Assembly (NCBI GenBank): GCA_951406725.2
Contig: OX597818.1
Coordinates: 138,012,001 to 138,076,000 of the forward strand
DNA: 64,000 bases
Reading direction: 5' to 3'
Source of the DNA: Octopus vulgaris
Lineage: Eukaryota
Shown: positions 13,882-26,801 of the stretch, piece after piece
Layout of the letters: each line of letters opens with the position of its first letter
How positions within the stretch are numbered: position 1 is the stretch's first letter
The notes under the pieces: generated by a model
The model's database searches: none
Told to the model about the DNA's origin: nothing
What the model saw: the letters and a program-made list of their open reading frames with translations, nothing else
Translations under genes and position numbers: made by a program

Positions 13882-14885
13882 GTTGGTGCATAATTATTGC
13901 GGCTTTTTTATGATGACAATGTAACATCATATGACTTAGTCAACCACTTGCATCGCTACTTCTAATGTGGTCGGACATCGGTGGAAACTGCTCCTATTCC
14001 TGGACGTGAAAGCCGCCAATTTGGAGTATTGCCGCATAACTAACTATTCGGCAACTAGCCCAAGAAGTGAAGATAAGTGTAGGGTCTGTGGGAAAAATCA
14101 TTCACTAGCATTTGCACACACGGAAGTAGTTTTCACGATGGTTTCCTTCTTATACTCACCCCTTTTCAGAAGCAGGAACGAGTCAATTGCTTCCAGGCTC
14201 ATTTGGCAATGTGCCAAGAAAACGAAGAGGACTTTTTCGGCAGACCTATCACACAGGATGAAACATGGGTCCATCCTTATGATCCTGAGTCTAAAGTCCA
14301 GTCGAAGCAATGGAAGCACGAAGGCTCGTGTCCAACCCTCAGCACGCAAGGTGATGCTTACAGACTTTGGGGACCAGTGCGGAGTTGTGATGATGAATTT
14401 TCTGGCAAAGGGCACCACAATTAACGGGGCATATTATGCTTCTCTGCTGCAGAAATTGCTGAACGCCATTAAAGCAGAGAGATGTAGCATGCTGACCAAA
14501 GGAGTCCGTCTCCTCCAAAGCAACGCCCCAGTTGACAATGCGCATGTTACCCAGATGAAAGCATACTCCTGCGGTTATGAAATCCTTACTCATTCTCATT
14601 ACTCACCCAATCTTGCACCATGTAACCTCCACCTCTTTTCAACCATGAAGTCTTTTTGAAAGGCGAGCACTTTTTGGATGATGAACTTAGATCTGAGGTA
14701 AAGTCTTGGCTCCAGATGCAATCTACCCGCTTCCACCGACGAGGTTTTCACAGCTGTATAAAGCGATAGGAGAAGTGTTACCATTGGCGGTGGGTATGTA
14801 GAGAAGGACAAATAATTATGCCAAGTATCGTTTATTCTAGTCTTTAGGAAGTGGGTTAGGTGAAATCCTTAAGGAACATCCCTCG
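13878..14885 (+). mobile_element. Defective mariner DNA transposon (composite; the two ends do not match)
   Basis: Left end TA|TTGGGTTGGTGCATAATTATTGCGGCTTTT (Hsmar1-like TIR); right end ...AAATCCTTAAGGAACATCCCTCG|TA (a different mariner-type TIR). Confidence 0.85.
14030..14815 (+). pseudogene. Mariner transposase pseudogene (D,D34D family)
   Basis: Across frameshifts: IRQLAQEVKISVGSV, ITQDETWVHPYDPESKVQSKQW, KVMLT..GVV, TINGAYYASLL, LLQSNAP, HYSPNLAPCNLHLF, GGYVEK. The 2nd and 3rd catalytic Asp are mutated and stops are present. Confidence 0.92.
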
Positions 14886-15180
14886 TATACCTTCGTTAAG
14901 TAAAACATAGAGAATAGTCCTTTGATTTAATGCGGCTTCCGGTCACAAATAATGAATTTTTTAACTACCCTGCCAGCTAATTGCAACAGCGTTGATTTGT
15001 TGATCACTGTTTCTGTATAGCAATGGATGATAAATTTGTCCCGATATGCATTGCTATTAGATGCTTGCTATTCACGACGCTCATTGAAGCAAAATTATAT
15101 ATTTTACAATTCGGCCACTGCTACAAGATGCTTTACGTCAACTATAGATATATTTCTGTGCTTTTTTAATAATGTGCATC

Positions 15181-15872
15181 TAATTTGGTCGAAAAATTCC
15201 AGGAAAGATCCGAGGATTTTCTAGCATCCGGGTAATTTGGTCGAAAACTTGCTGGGAAGTTCCGACGACATTCTAACATCCGGGAAATTTGGTCGAAAAC
15301 TTCTTGGGAAGTTCCGAGGATTTCTGACTTCCAGGAAATTTCGTTGAAAACTTCCAGGAAAGCTCCGAGAATTTTCTAACATCCGGGCGATTTCGTCGAA
15401 AACTGCATGGGAAGTTCCAAGGATTTTCTAACTTCCGGGAAATTTGGTCAAAAACTGCAAGAAAAGATCCGATAATATTCTAACTTACGGGAAATATGGT
15501 CTTCAAATATCTGGGATGTCCCGAAGATTTTCTAACTTCCGGGAAATTTCGTTGAAAACTTCCTGAGAAGTTCCGAGAATTTCGAACTTCCGGGAAAATT
15601 CGTCGAAAACATCCTGTGAAGTTCCGAGGATTTTCTAACTTCCGGGAAATTTGTTCGAAAACTGCATGGGAAGTTCCGAGGATATTCTTACTTCCGGAAA
15701 AATTGTTCGAAAACTTACTGGGAAGTTCCGAGGATTTTCTAACTTCCGGAAAATTTCAACAAAAACTTCCGGGAAAGTTCCAAGGATTTTCTAATTTCCG
15801 GGAAAATTGGTCGAAAGATTCCTGGGAAGTTCCGATGATTTTCCAACTTCCGGGAATTTTGGTCGAAAACTG
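15181..15872 (+). repeat. 52-bp tandem repeat, about 13 copies (left arm)
   Basis: Unit ~TTCCGGGAAATTTGGTCGAAAACTTCCTGGGAAGTTCCGAGGATTTTCTAAC. Confidence 0.95.
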
Positions 15873-15875
15873 CTT

Positions 15876-18800
15876 AGCGCTTCGAGAAATGAGATCGATG
15901 AAATGACGTAGCGGTTCGTCAAACGGGATCGATAAAATGACGTAGCGGTTAACCAAACGAGATCGACAAAATGACGTAGTGGTTCCTCAAATGGGATCTA
16001 AAAAGTGACTTAGCGGTTCGACAAATGAAATCGATAAAATGACGTAGTGTTTCACCAAAGGTGAAGGGTAAAATGACTTAGCGGTTCGCCAAATAACATC
16101 GTCAAACGAGATTGATAAAATGATATAGCGTTTCACCAAACGAAGATCGATAAAATGACTTAGCGGTTCGGCAAACGAGATCGATAAAATGACGTAGCGT
16201 TTCGCCAAACAAGATAGATAAAATGACGTGGCGGTTCAACAGACGAGATCGACAAAATGACGTAGCGGTTCGCCAAACCAGATCGATAAGATGACTTAGC
16301 GATTCGACAAACGAGATCGATAAAATGATGTAGCGGTTCGCCAAATAATATCGATAAAATGAGCTAGCAGTTTGCCAGACGAGATCGATAAAATGACGTA
16401 TCGGTTCGCCAAATACAATCGATAAAATGATGTAGCGTTTCGCCAAACAAGCTCGTTAAAATAACTTACTGGTTCTCCAGAGGAGATCGATAATAAGACT
16501 TAGCGGTTCGCCAAACAGAGTCGATAAAATGACGTAGCGTTACGCCAAACGAGATCGATAAAATGACGTAGTGGTTCGTCAAATATGATCGATAAAATAA
16601 CTTAGCGATTCAACAAACAGCAGTTCGTCAAACGAGATTGATAAAATGACATAGCGATTCACCAAACGAAGATCGATAAAATGACCTAGCGGTTCGGCAA
16701 ACGAGATCGATAAAATGACGTAGCCGTGCGCCAAACGAGAATTGATAAAATGACGTAGCGTTTCACCAAACGAAGATCGATAAAATGACGTAGCGGTTCG
16801 CCAAACGAGAACGATATAATGACGTAGCGTTTCGACAAACGAATATCGATGAAAAGGCATTAGCGGTTCGCCAAACAATATCGATTAAATGAACTAGCAG
16901 CTCGCCAAATGATGATCGATAAAATGACATAGCGTTTCGCCAAACGAAGATCCATAAAATGACATAGCGGTTCGCCAAACGAGTTCGATAAAATGACCTA
17001 GTTTATCGCCAAACGTGATAGATAAAATCACGTAGGGGTTCGCCAAAAGAGATCGATAAAATGACATAGCGGTTCGCCAAACTAAGATCGATAAAATGAC
17101 ATAGCGGTTCGCCAAACCAGATAGATAAAATGACTTAGCGTTTCCCCAAACGAGATTTAAAAAATGACATAGTGGTTCGCCAAACGAGTTCAATAAGATG
17201 ACGTAGCGATTCGCCAAATGAAGATCGATAAAATGACGTAGCGGTTCGCCGAACGAAGATCGATAAAAGGACGTAGCGGTTCGCCAAACTGTGTTTGATA
17301 AAATGACATAGCGCTTCCACAAACAAGATCGATAAAGTGACGTAGCGATTCGCCAAACATGATCGAAAAAATGACATTGCGGTTCGAAAGACCGGATTGA
17401 TAAAATGTCGTAGCGATTCGCCAAACGAAGATCGATAAAATGACATAGCGATTCGACAAACGAAGATCGATAAAATGACATAGCGGTTCGCCAAACGGGA
17501 TCGATAAATTGACGTAGCAGTTCGCCAAACGAAGATCGATAAAATGACATTGCGGATCGACAAAAAAGATCGCTAAACTGACGTAGAGTTCGCCAAATGA
17601 AGATCGATAAAATGACGTAGCGGTTCGCCAAACGAAGATCGATAAAATGACATAGCGGTTCGCCAAATAAGGTTCGATAAAATGACGGAGCGGTTCGACA
17701 AACGAAGTTCGATAAAATGTCAGAGCGGTTCGCCAAACGAAGATCGCTAAAATGACATAGCGGTTCGCCAAATAAAGATCGACAAAATGACTGAGCGGTT
17801 CGATAAAAGATGATCGATAGTATAATACAGCGGTTCGCCAAACGAAGATCGATAAAATGACATAGCGATTCGCCAAATAAAGATCGATAAAATGACGTAG
17901 CGGTTCGCCAAACGAAGATCGATAAAATGACATAGCAGTTCGCTAAATAAAGATCGATAAAATGACATAACAGTTCGCCAAACGAGTTCGATAAAATGAC
18001 GTAGCGGTTCGCCAAACGAAGATCGATAAAATGACATAACCGTTCGCCAAACGTGATCGATAAAATGACGTAGCGGTTCGCCAAACGAAGATCGATAAAA
18101 TGACATAGCAGTTCGCTAAATAAAGATCGATAAAATGAACTAGCGGTTCGCCAAACGAGTTCGATTAAATGACATAGCGAATCGCCAAACGAGATCGATA
18201 AAATGACGTAGTGGCTGCCAAAGGATAATCGATAAAATGACATTACGGTTCGCCAAAGGAAGATCGATAAAATGACGTAGCGGTTCGACAAATGAAGATC
18301 AATAAAATGAATTACCCGTTCGCCAAACGAGATCGATAAAATGACGTAGCGGTTCGCCAAACGAAGATCAATAAAATGACATAACCGTTCGCCAAACGTG
18401 ATCGATAAAATGACGTAGCGGTTCGCCAAACGAAGATCAATAAAATGACATAACCGTTCGCCAAACGTGATCGATAAAATGACGTAGCGGTTCGCCAAAC
18501 GAAGATCGCTAAAATGACATAGCGGTTCGCCAAATAAAGATCGACAAAATGACTGAGCGGTTCGATAAAAGATGATCGATAGTATAATACAGCGGTTCGC
18601 CAAACGAAGATCGATAAAATGACATAGCGATTCGCCAAATAAAGATCGATAAAATGACGTATCGGTTCGCCAAACGAAGATCGATAAAATGACATAACCG
18701 TTCGCCAAACGTGATCGATAAAATGACGTAGCGGTTCGCCAAACGAAGATCGATAAAATGACATAGCAGTTCGCTAAATAAAGATCGATAAAATGAACTA

Positions 18801-20279
18801 GCGGTTCGCCAGACGAGTTCGATTAAATGACATAGCGATTCGCCAAACGAGATCGATAAAATGACGTAGTGGCTGCCAAAGGATAATCGATAAAATGACA
18901 TTACGGTTCGCCAAAGGAAGATCGATAAAATGACGTAGCGGTTCGACAAATGAAGATCAATAAAATGAATTACCCGTTCGCCAAACGAGATCGATAAAAT
19001 GACGTAGCGGTTCGCCAAACGAAGATCAATAAAATGACATAACCGTTCGCCAAACGTGATCGATAAAATGACGTAGCGGTTCGCCAAACGAAGATCAATA
19101 AAATGACATAACCGTTCGCCAAACGTGATCGATAAAATGACGTAGCGGTTCGCCAAACGAAGATCGCTAAAATGACATAGCGGTTCGCCAAATAAAGATC
19201 GACAAAATGACTGAGCGGTTCGATAAAAGATGATCGATAGTATAATACAGCGGTTCGCCAAACGAAGATCGATAAAATGACATAGCGATTCGCCAAATAA
19301 AGATCGATAAAATGACGTAGCGGTTCGCCAAACGAAGATCGATAAAATGACATAACCGTTCGCCAAACGTGATCGATAAAATGACGTAGCGGTTCGCCAA
19401 ACGAAGATCGATAAAATGACATAGCAGTTCGCTAAATAAAGATCGATAAAATGAACTAGCGGTTCGCCAAACGAGTTCGATTAAATGACATAGCGATTCG
19501 CCAAACGAGATCGATAAAATGACGTAGTGGCTGCCAAAGGATAATCGATAAAATGACATTACGGTTCGCCAAAGGAAGATCGATAAAATGACGTAGCGGT
19601 TCGACAAATGAAGATCAATAAAATGAATTACCCGTTCGCCAAACGAGATCGATAAAATGACGTAGCGGTTCGCCAAACGAAGATCAATAAAATGACATAA
19701 CCGTTCGCCAAACGTGATCCATAAAATGACGTAGCGGTTCGCCAAACGAAGATCGATAATATAAAAAAGCAGTTCGCAAAAAGAAGATCGATAAAATGAA
19801 CTAGCGATTCGCCAAACGAGAACGATAAAAAGACATAGCGGTCCGACAAATGAGATCGATAAAATGACGTAGTGGCTGCCAAAGGATGATCGATAAAATG
19901 ACATTGCGGTTCGCCAAATGAAGATCGATAAAATGACGTAGCGGTTCGACAAATGAAGATCAATAAAATGAATTACCCGTTCGCCAAACGAGATCGATAA
20001 AATGACGTAGCGGTTCGCGAACCGAGATCGATAAAATGAAATAGCGGTTCGCCAAACTAAGATCGATAAAATGACGTAGCGGTTCGCCAAACGAAGATCG
20101 ATAAAATAACGTAGCGTATCGCCAAACCAGATCGGAAAAATGAAATAGTGGTTCGGCAAACGAAGATCGATAAAATGACATAGCGGTTCGCCAAACGAAG
20201 ATCGATAAAATGACATAGCGGTTCGCCAAACTAAGATCGATAAAATTATCTAGCGGTTCGCCAGACTAAGATCGATAAA
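15876..20279 (+). repeat. 34/35-bp CpG-rich satellite array, left arm (roughly 125-130 units)
   Basis: Unit GATCGATAAAATGACGTAGCGGTTCGCCAAACGA(A). Confidence 0.97.
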
Positions 20280-20639
20280 GTGTGGTAACGTGTGGTAATA
20301 TACGTCTGCAGTACAATAGCATATTACCAGAAATCATTTCTACACTTTCTGTTAGTATGCGTCCGTAGTTTGGTGAACTTCTAAGGTCTTTAAAATCAGA
20401 ACCAGTCAATTCTTGGAATTCCAACCAATTTCAGCATCCCTCTCTTCTTTCGCAATACATTTTACTAAATATCCTTTTTACCATTTTCATCATTAAAGCA
20501 CCATTTGAATTATTTTAAGAACACCAGAAACCGTTATATTCGCTTTCTTTTTATTCGTTTAATCACGAAGATATTTCGTTCCGCTTCTACAACTTGGTCA
20601 TTGAGACAATTCCATTTACTGAAAATCATATAATGAGGA

Positions 20640-21029
20640 CTAGCAGTATCGCCCGGCGTTGCTCGGATTTGTTAGCATTTTTAGCATTTTATAAGCATTT
20701 TTATAAGCATTTTATAAGCAATTTTAGAGAGTTATAGCCAAAAAATAGCAAAAAAATGCATTAAAAATGGAAAAAAAATGATGATAAATTTTTTTTTAAA
20801 TCGTTGACTCATCTTAGACATTTTTAGAGAGTTACTTCCCTTATATAATAGCGAAAAAATACATTAAAATGGAAAAAAATGATGGTAAATTTTTTATTTA
20901 AATCGTAGACTCATCGTAGACGCGCGCTAATACCCAGAAGGGCTCGATATGAATCACGACTATAAGATACCCAGTTTTGGTTAAACTGCACCGCAAAATG
21001 TGGGAGTAAGGAATCTAAATCGTAGGAGA
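20640..21029 (-). mobile_element. Non-autonomous Helitron, 5' end truncated by the satellite
   Basis: Matches 45422-45818; 3' CTAG terminus at 20640-20643 with subterminal GC hairpin; the ~30 bp at the 5' TC end are missing. Confidence 0.88.
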
Positions 21030-24000
21030 TCTGCTTTGGCAAACTGCTATGTCATTTTATCGATCTTCTTTTGGCGAACAGCTACGTCATTTTATCGATC
21101 ATCGGCGGCGAACGGCAATGTTTTTTTTATCTATCATCGTTTGTCAAACCGCTCCGTCATTTTATCGATCATCGTTTGACAAACAGCTATGACATTTTTT
21201 CGATCTTCGTTTGGCGAACCGCTACGTTATTTTATCGATCTTCATTTGGCGAACCGCTACGTCATTTTATCGATCGTGTTTGGCGAACCGCTATGTGATT
21301 TTATCGATCTTCCTTTGGCGAACCGCTAGTCATTTTATCGACCATCGTTTGTCGAATCGCTAAGTCATTTCATCGATCTTCGTTTGGCGAACCGCACCAC
21401 AATGTCATTTTATCGATCATCATTTGGCGAATCGCTACGTCATTTTATCGATCATGTTTGGCGAACCGCTACGTCATTTTATCGATCTTCGTTTCGCGAA
21501 CCGCTACGGCGTTTTATCGATCTGGTTTGGCAAACTGCTATGTCATTTTATCGATCTTCGTTTGGCGAACAGCTACGTCATTTTATCGATCATCGTTCGG
21601 CGAACCGCTATGTCTTTTTAATCGATCATCGTTTGTCTAATGGCTCCGTCATTTCATCGACCTTCGTTTGGCGAACCGCTATGTCATTTTATCGTTCTTC
21701 GATTGGCAAACAGCTATGGGATTTTTTCGATCTTGTTTGGCGAACCGCTACGTCATTTTATCGAACTTCGTTTGGCGAACCGCTACGTCATTTTATTGAA
21801 CTTCATTTGGCGAACCGCTATGTCATTTTATCGATCATCCTTTGGCGAACCGCTAAGTCATTTTATCGACCATCATTTGTCGAATCGCTAGATCATGTTA
21901 TCGATGTTATTTGGGAAACCGCTACATCATTCTATCGATCTTCGTTTGGTTAAACGCTACGTCGTTTTATCGATATTCGTTTGGCGAACCGCTACGTCAT
22001 TTTATCGATCTTCGTTTGTCGAACCGCTATGTTATTTTATCGGCGAACCGCTGTTTTTTATCGATCTTCGTTGGTCGAACCGCTCCGTCATTTTATCGAT
22101 CTTCGTTTGGCGAACCGCTATGTCATTTTATCGTTCTTCGTTTGGCAAACAGCTATGGGATTTTTTCGATCTTGTTTGGCGAACCGCTACGTCATTTTAT
22201 CGATCTTCGTTTGGCGAACCGCTACGTCAATTTATCGCACTTCGTTTGGCGAAACGCTATGTCATTTTATCGATTTCCTTTGGCGAACCGCTAAGTCATG
22301 TTATCGATCTTATTTTGGGAAACCGCTACGTCATTTTATCAATCTCGTTTGGTTAAACGCTACGTCGTTTTATCGATCCTCGTTTGGCGAACCGCTACGT
22401 CATTTTATCGATCTTCGTTTGTCGAACCGCTATGTTATTTTATCGGTGAAGCGCTATGTTTTTTATCGATCTTCGTTGGTCGAACCGCTCCGTCATTTTA
22501 TCGATCTTCGTTTGGCGAACCGCTATGTTATTTTATCGAACCTCGTTTGGCGAACCGCTACGTCATTATATCGATCTCGTTTGGTTAAACGCTACGTCAT
22601 GTTATCGATCTTCGTTTGTCGAACCACAATGTCATTTTATCGATCATCGTTTGGCAAAACGCTACGTCATTTTATCGATATAGTTTGGCGAACCGCTATG
22701 TTTTTTATCGATCTTCGTTTATGGAAATGCTCCGACATTTTATCGATCTTCGTTTGGCGAACCGCTATATAATTGTATCGATCTTCATTTGAAGAACCGC
22801 TACGTCATTTTATCGACACGTTTGACGAAACGCTGTCATTTTATCGAATATATTTGGCGAACCGCGACGTTTTCGATTACGTTTGGTGAATTGCTACGTC
22901 ATTTTATCGATCTTCGTTTGGCGAAAAGCTATGTCATTTAATCGATCTTTGTTTGGCGAACCGCTACGTCATTTTATCGATCTTCGTTTGGCGAACCGCT
23001 ATGTTATTGTATCGATCTTCGTTTGGCGAACCGCTATGTCATTTTATCCATTTGCGTTTGGCGAAACGCTACGTCCTTTTATCGATCACGTTTGGCGAAC
23101 CGCTATGTCATTTTATCGATCATCATTTGACGAACAGCTATGTTTTTATCGACCTTCGTTTGTCGAACCGCTCCGTCATTTTATCGATATTCGTTTGGCA
23201 GACCGCTATGTCATTCTATCTATCTTCGTTTCGCGAACCGCTACGTCGTTTTATCGATTGCGTTTGGCGAATCGCTACGTCATTTTATCGATCACGTTTG
23301 GCGAAACAATACGTCATTTTTTCGATCATGTTTGGTAAACCGCGACGTCATTTTATCGATCGCGTTTGGTGAACTGCTATGTCATTTTATCGATCTGGTT
23401 TGTCGAACCGCTGTGTCATTTTATCGATCTTCGTTTGGTTAACCGCTATGCCATTTTATCGATCTGATTTGGCGAATCGCTACGTCATTTTATCCATCTT
23501 CGTTCGGCGAACCGCTGCGTCATTTTTTGGATCTCGTTTGTTTAAGCGCTGTCATTTTATCGATCTTCGTTTGGCGATCCGCTATGTCATTTTATCGATC
23601 TAGTTTGTCGAACCACTAATTCATTTTATCGATCTTCGTTTGACGAACCGCTACGTCATTTTATCGATCTTCGTTTGGAGAACCGCTACGTCATTTTATT
23701 GATCGTCGCTTGGCGAACCGCTACGTCATTTTATCGATCTTTGTTTGGTGAATCGCTACGTCATCTTATTGAACTCGGGTGGCGAACCGCTATGTCATTT
23801 TTTTGAACTCGTTTGGCGAACCGCTATGTCATTTTATCGATCTGGTTTGGCAAATTTACTACGTCATTTTATCGATCTCGTTTTGCGAACCGCTACGTCA
23901 TTTTATCGATATTCGTTTGGCGAAACGCTATATCATTTTATCGATTTTGTCAGGGGAACTGCTATGTCATTTTATCTACCTCGTTTGGCGAACCAGTAAG

Positions 24001-25674
24001 TATTTTTATCGATCTTCGTTTATCCAACCGCTACGTCATTGTATCGTTCTCGTTTGTGAACCGTTAAGTCATTTTATCGAACTCTTTTGGCGAACGGCTC
24101 CTCACTTTATCGATCTTCGTGTGGCGAACCACTACGTCATTTTAACGAGCTTGTTTGGCAAAACGCTACATCATTTTATCGATCTTATTTGGCGAACCAC
24201 TACGTCATTTTAACGAGCTTCGTTTGGCGAATCGCGATATCCTATTATTGATCTCGTTTGTCGAACCGCTACGTCATTTTACCGATCTCGTTTGGTGAAC
24301 CGCTAAGTCATTTTATCAATCGCGTTTGGTGATCCGCTCCGTCATTTTATCGATCTCGTTTCGCAAACGGCTATGTCACTTTGTCGATCTTCGTTTGGTG
24401 AATCGGTAAGTCATTTTAACGAGCTTGTTTGGCGAAACGCTACATCATTTTATCGATGATCGTCTGGCGAACCGCTACGTCATTTTACCGATCTCGTTTG
24501 GCGAACCGCTATGTCGTTTTATTGATTTCGTTTGTCGAATCGGTAAGTCATTTTTCGATTTCGTTTGGTGAACCGCTACGTCATTTTATCGATCTCGTTT
24601 GGCGACCCGATAAGTCATTTTATCGATCTGATTTGGTGAACCGCTAAGTCATTTTATCAATCGCGTTTGGTGATCCGCTCCGTCATTTTATCGATCTCGT
24701 TTCGCAAACGGCTATGTCACTTTGTCGAACTTCGTTTGGTGAATCGGTAAGTCATTTTAACGAGCTTGTTTGGCGAAACGCTACATCATTTTATCGATGA
24801 TCGTCTGGCGAACCGCTACGTCATTTTACCGATCTCGTTTGGCGAACCGCTATATCATTTTATTGATTTCGTTTGTCGAATCGGTAAGTCATTTTTCGAT
24901 TTCGTTTGGTGAACCGCTACGTCATTTTATCGATCTCGTTTGGCGACCCGATAAGTCATTTTTATTGATCTCGTTTGGCGAAAGGCTAGGTCATTTTATC
25001 GATCTCGTTTGGCGACCCGATAAGTCATTTTATCGATCTGATTTGGTGAACCGCTAAGTCATTTTATCAATCGCGTTTGGTGATCCGCTCCGTCATTTTA
25101 TCGATCTCGTTTCGCAAACGGCTATGTCACTTTGTCGAACTTCGTTTGGTGAATCGGTAAGTCATTTTAACGAGCTTGTTTGGCGAAACGCTACATCATT
25201 TTATCGATGATCGTCTGGCGAACCGCTACGTCATTTTACCGATCTCGTTTGTCGAACCGCTATGTCATTTTATTGATTTCGTTTGTCGAATCGGTAAGTC
25301 ATTTTTCGATTTCGTTTGGTGAACCGCTACGTCATTTTATCGATCTCGTTTGGCGACCCGATAAGTCATTTTTATTGATCTCGTTTGGCGAAAGGCTAGG
25401 TCATTTTATCGATCTCGTTTGGTGAACCGCTATGTCATATTATCGATCTCGTTTGGCGAACCACTATGTCATGTTATGGATCTTCATTCGGCGAACCGCT
25501 ACGTCATTTTATCCTTCACCTTTGGCGAAACGCTACGTCATTTTATCGATTTCGTTTGTCGAACCGCTAAGTCACTTTTTCGATCTCGTTTGACGAACCG
25601 CTACGTCATTTTATCGATGTCGTTTGGCGAACCGCTACGTCATTTCATTGATCTCGTTTCTTGAACCGCTAAGC
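21030..25674 (-). repeat. 34/35-bp satellite array, right arm (inverted)
   Basis: Unit TTCGTTTGGCGAACCGCTACGTCATTTTATCGATC is the reverse complement of the left-arm unit. Confidence 0.97.
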
Positions 25675-26101
25675 AGTTTTCGACCAAAATTCCTGGAAGT
25701 TAGAAAATCCTCGGAACTTCCCAGGAAGTTTTTGACCAAATTTCCCGGAAATTTGAAAAAACTTGGAACTTTTCAGGAAGTTCTTGACCAAGTTTTCCGG
25801 AAGCTAGAATATTCTTGGAACTTCCCAGCAAGTTTTCGAACAAATTTTCCGTAAGAATATCCTCGGAACTTCCCATGCAGTTTTCGAACAAATTTCCCGG
25901 AAGTTAGAAAATCCTCGAAACTTCACGGGAAGTTTTCGACGAATTTTCCCGGAAGTTCGAAATTCTTGGAACTTCCCAGGAAGTTTTAGACCATATTTCC
26001 CGGAAATTAGAAGATCATTGGAACTTCCCATGTAGTTTTCGACGAAATCTCCCGGATGTTAGAAAATCCTCGGATCTTTCCTGGAAGTTTTCGACCAAAT
26101 T
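25675..26101 (-). repeat. 52-bp tandem repeat, about 8 copies (right arm, inverted)
   Basis: Reverse complement of the 15181-15872 unit. Confidence 0.95.
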
Positions 26102-26182
26102 AGATGCACATTATTTAAAAAGCACAGAAATATATCTATAGTTGATGTAAACATCTTGTAGCAGTTATTATTGATTTCACAT

Positions 26183-26566
26183 GGAGGCACAATGGCCCAG
26201 TGGTTAGGGCAGCGGACTCACAGTCATAGGATCGCGGTTTCGATTCCCAGACCGTGCGTTGTGAGTGTTTATTGAGCGAAAACACCTAAAGCTCCCCGAG
26301 GCTCCGGCAGGGGATGGTGGTGATCCCTGCTGTACTCTTTCACCTCAACTTTCTTTCACTCTTACTTCCTGTTTCTGTCGTACCTGTATTTCAAAGGGCC
26401 GGCCTTGTCACTCTCTGTGTCACGCTGAATATCCCCGAGAACTATGTTAAGGGTACACGTGTCTGTGGAGTGCTCAGCCACTTACACGTTAATTTCACGA
26501 GCAGGCTGTTCCGTTGATTCGGATCAACCGGAACCCTCGTCGTCGTAACCGATGGAGTGCTTCCCC
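26183..26566 (+). mobile_element. SINE family A inserted in the right arm only
   Basis: Interrupts CATCTTGTAGCAGT|GGCCGAATTG, which is contiguous in the left arm (~15107-15130); CAGT is duplicated at 26162-26165 and 26567-26570. Confidence 0.92.
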
Positions 26567-26801
26567 CAGTGGCCGAATTGCAAAATATGTAATTATGCTT
26601 CAATGAGCGTCATGAATAGCAAGCATCTAATAGCAATGCATATCGGGACAAATTTCGCATCCATTGCTATACAGAAACAGTGATCAACAAATCAACGCTG
26701 TTGCAATTAGCTGGCAGGGTAGTTAAAAAATTCATTATTTGTGACCGGAAGCAGCATTAGATCAAAGGACTATTCTCTATGTTTTACTTAACGAAGATAT
26801 A

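Noticed and set aside
16894-18708. 604-aa ORF and other long ORFs across the satellite arms
   Set aside because: Translations of a 34/35-bp tandem repeat; overlapping frames give the same cyclic peptides and no domain is recognisable
15876-20279. CENP-B box in the satellite (TTCG....A)
   Set aside because: The required CGGG at the correct spacing is absent
15876-25674. CRISPR-like array (repeat length 34-35 bp)
   Set aside because: Units are contiguous with no unique spacers, no cas genes are present and the context is eukaryotic
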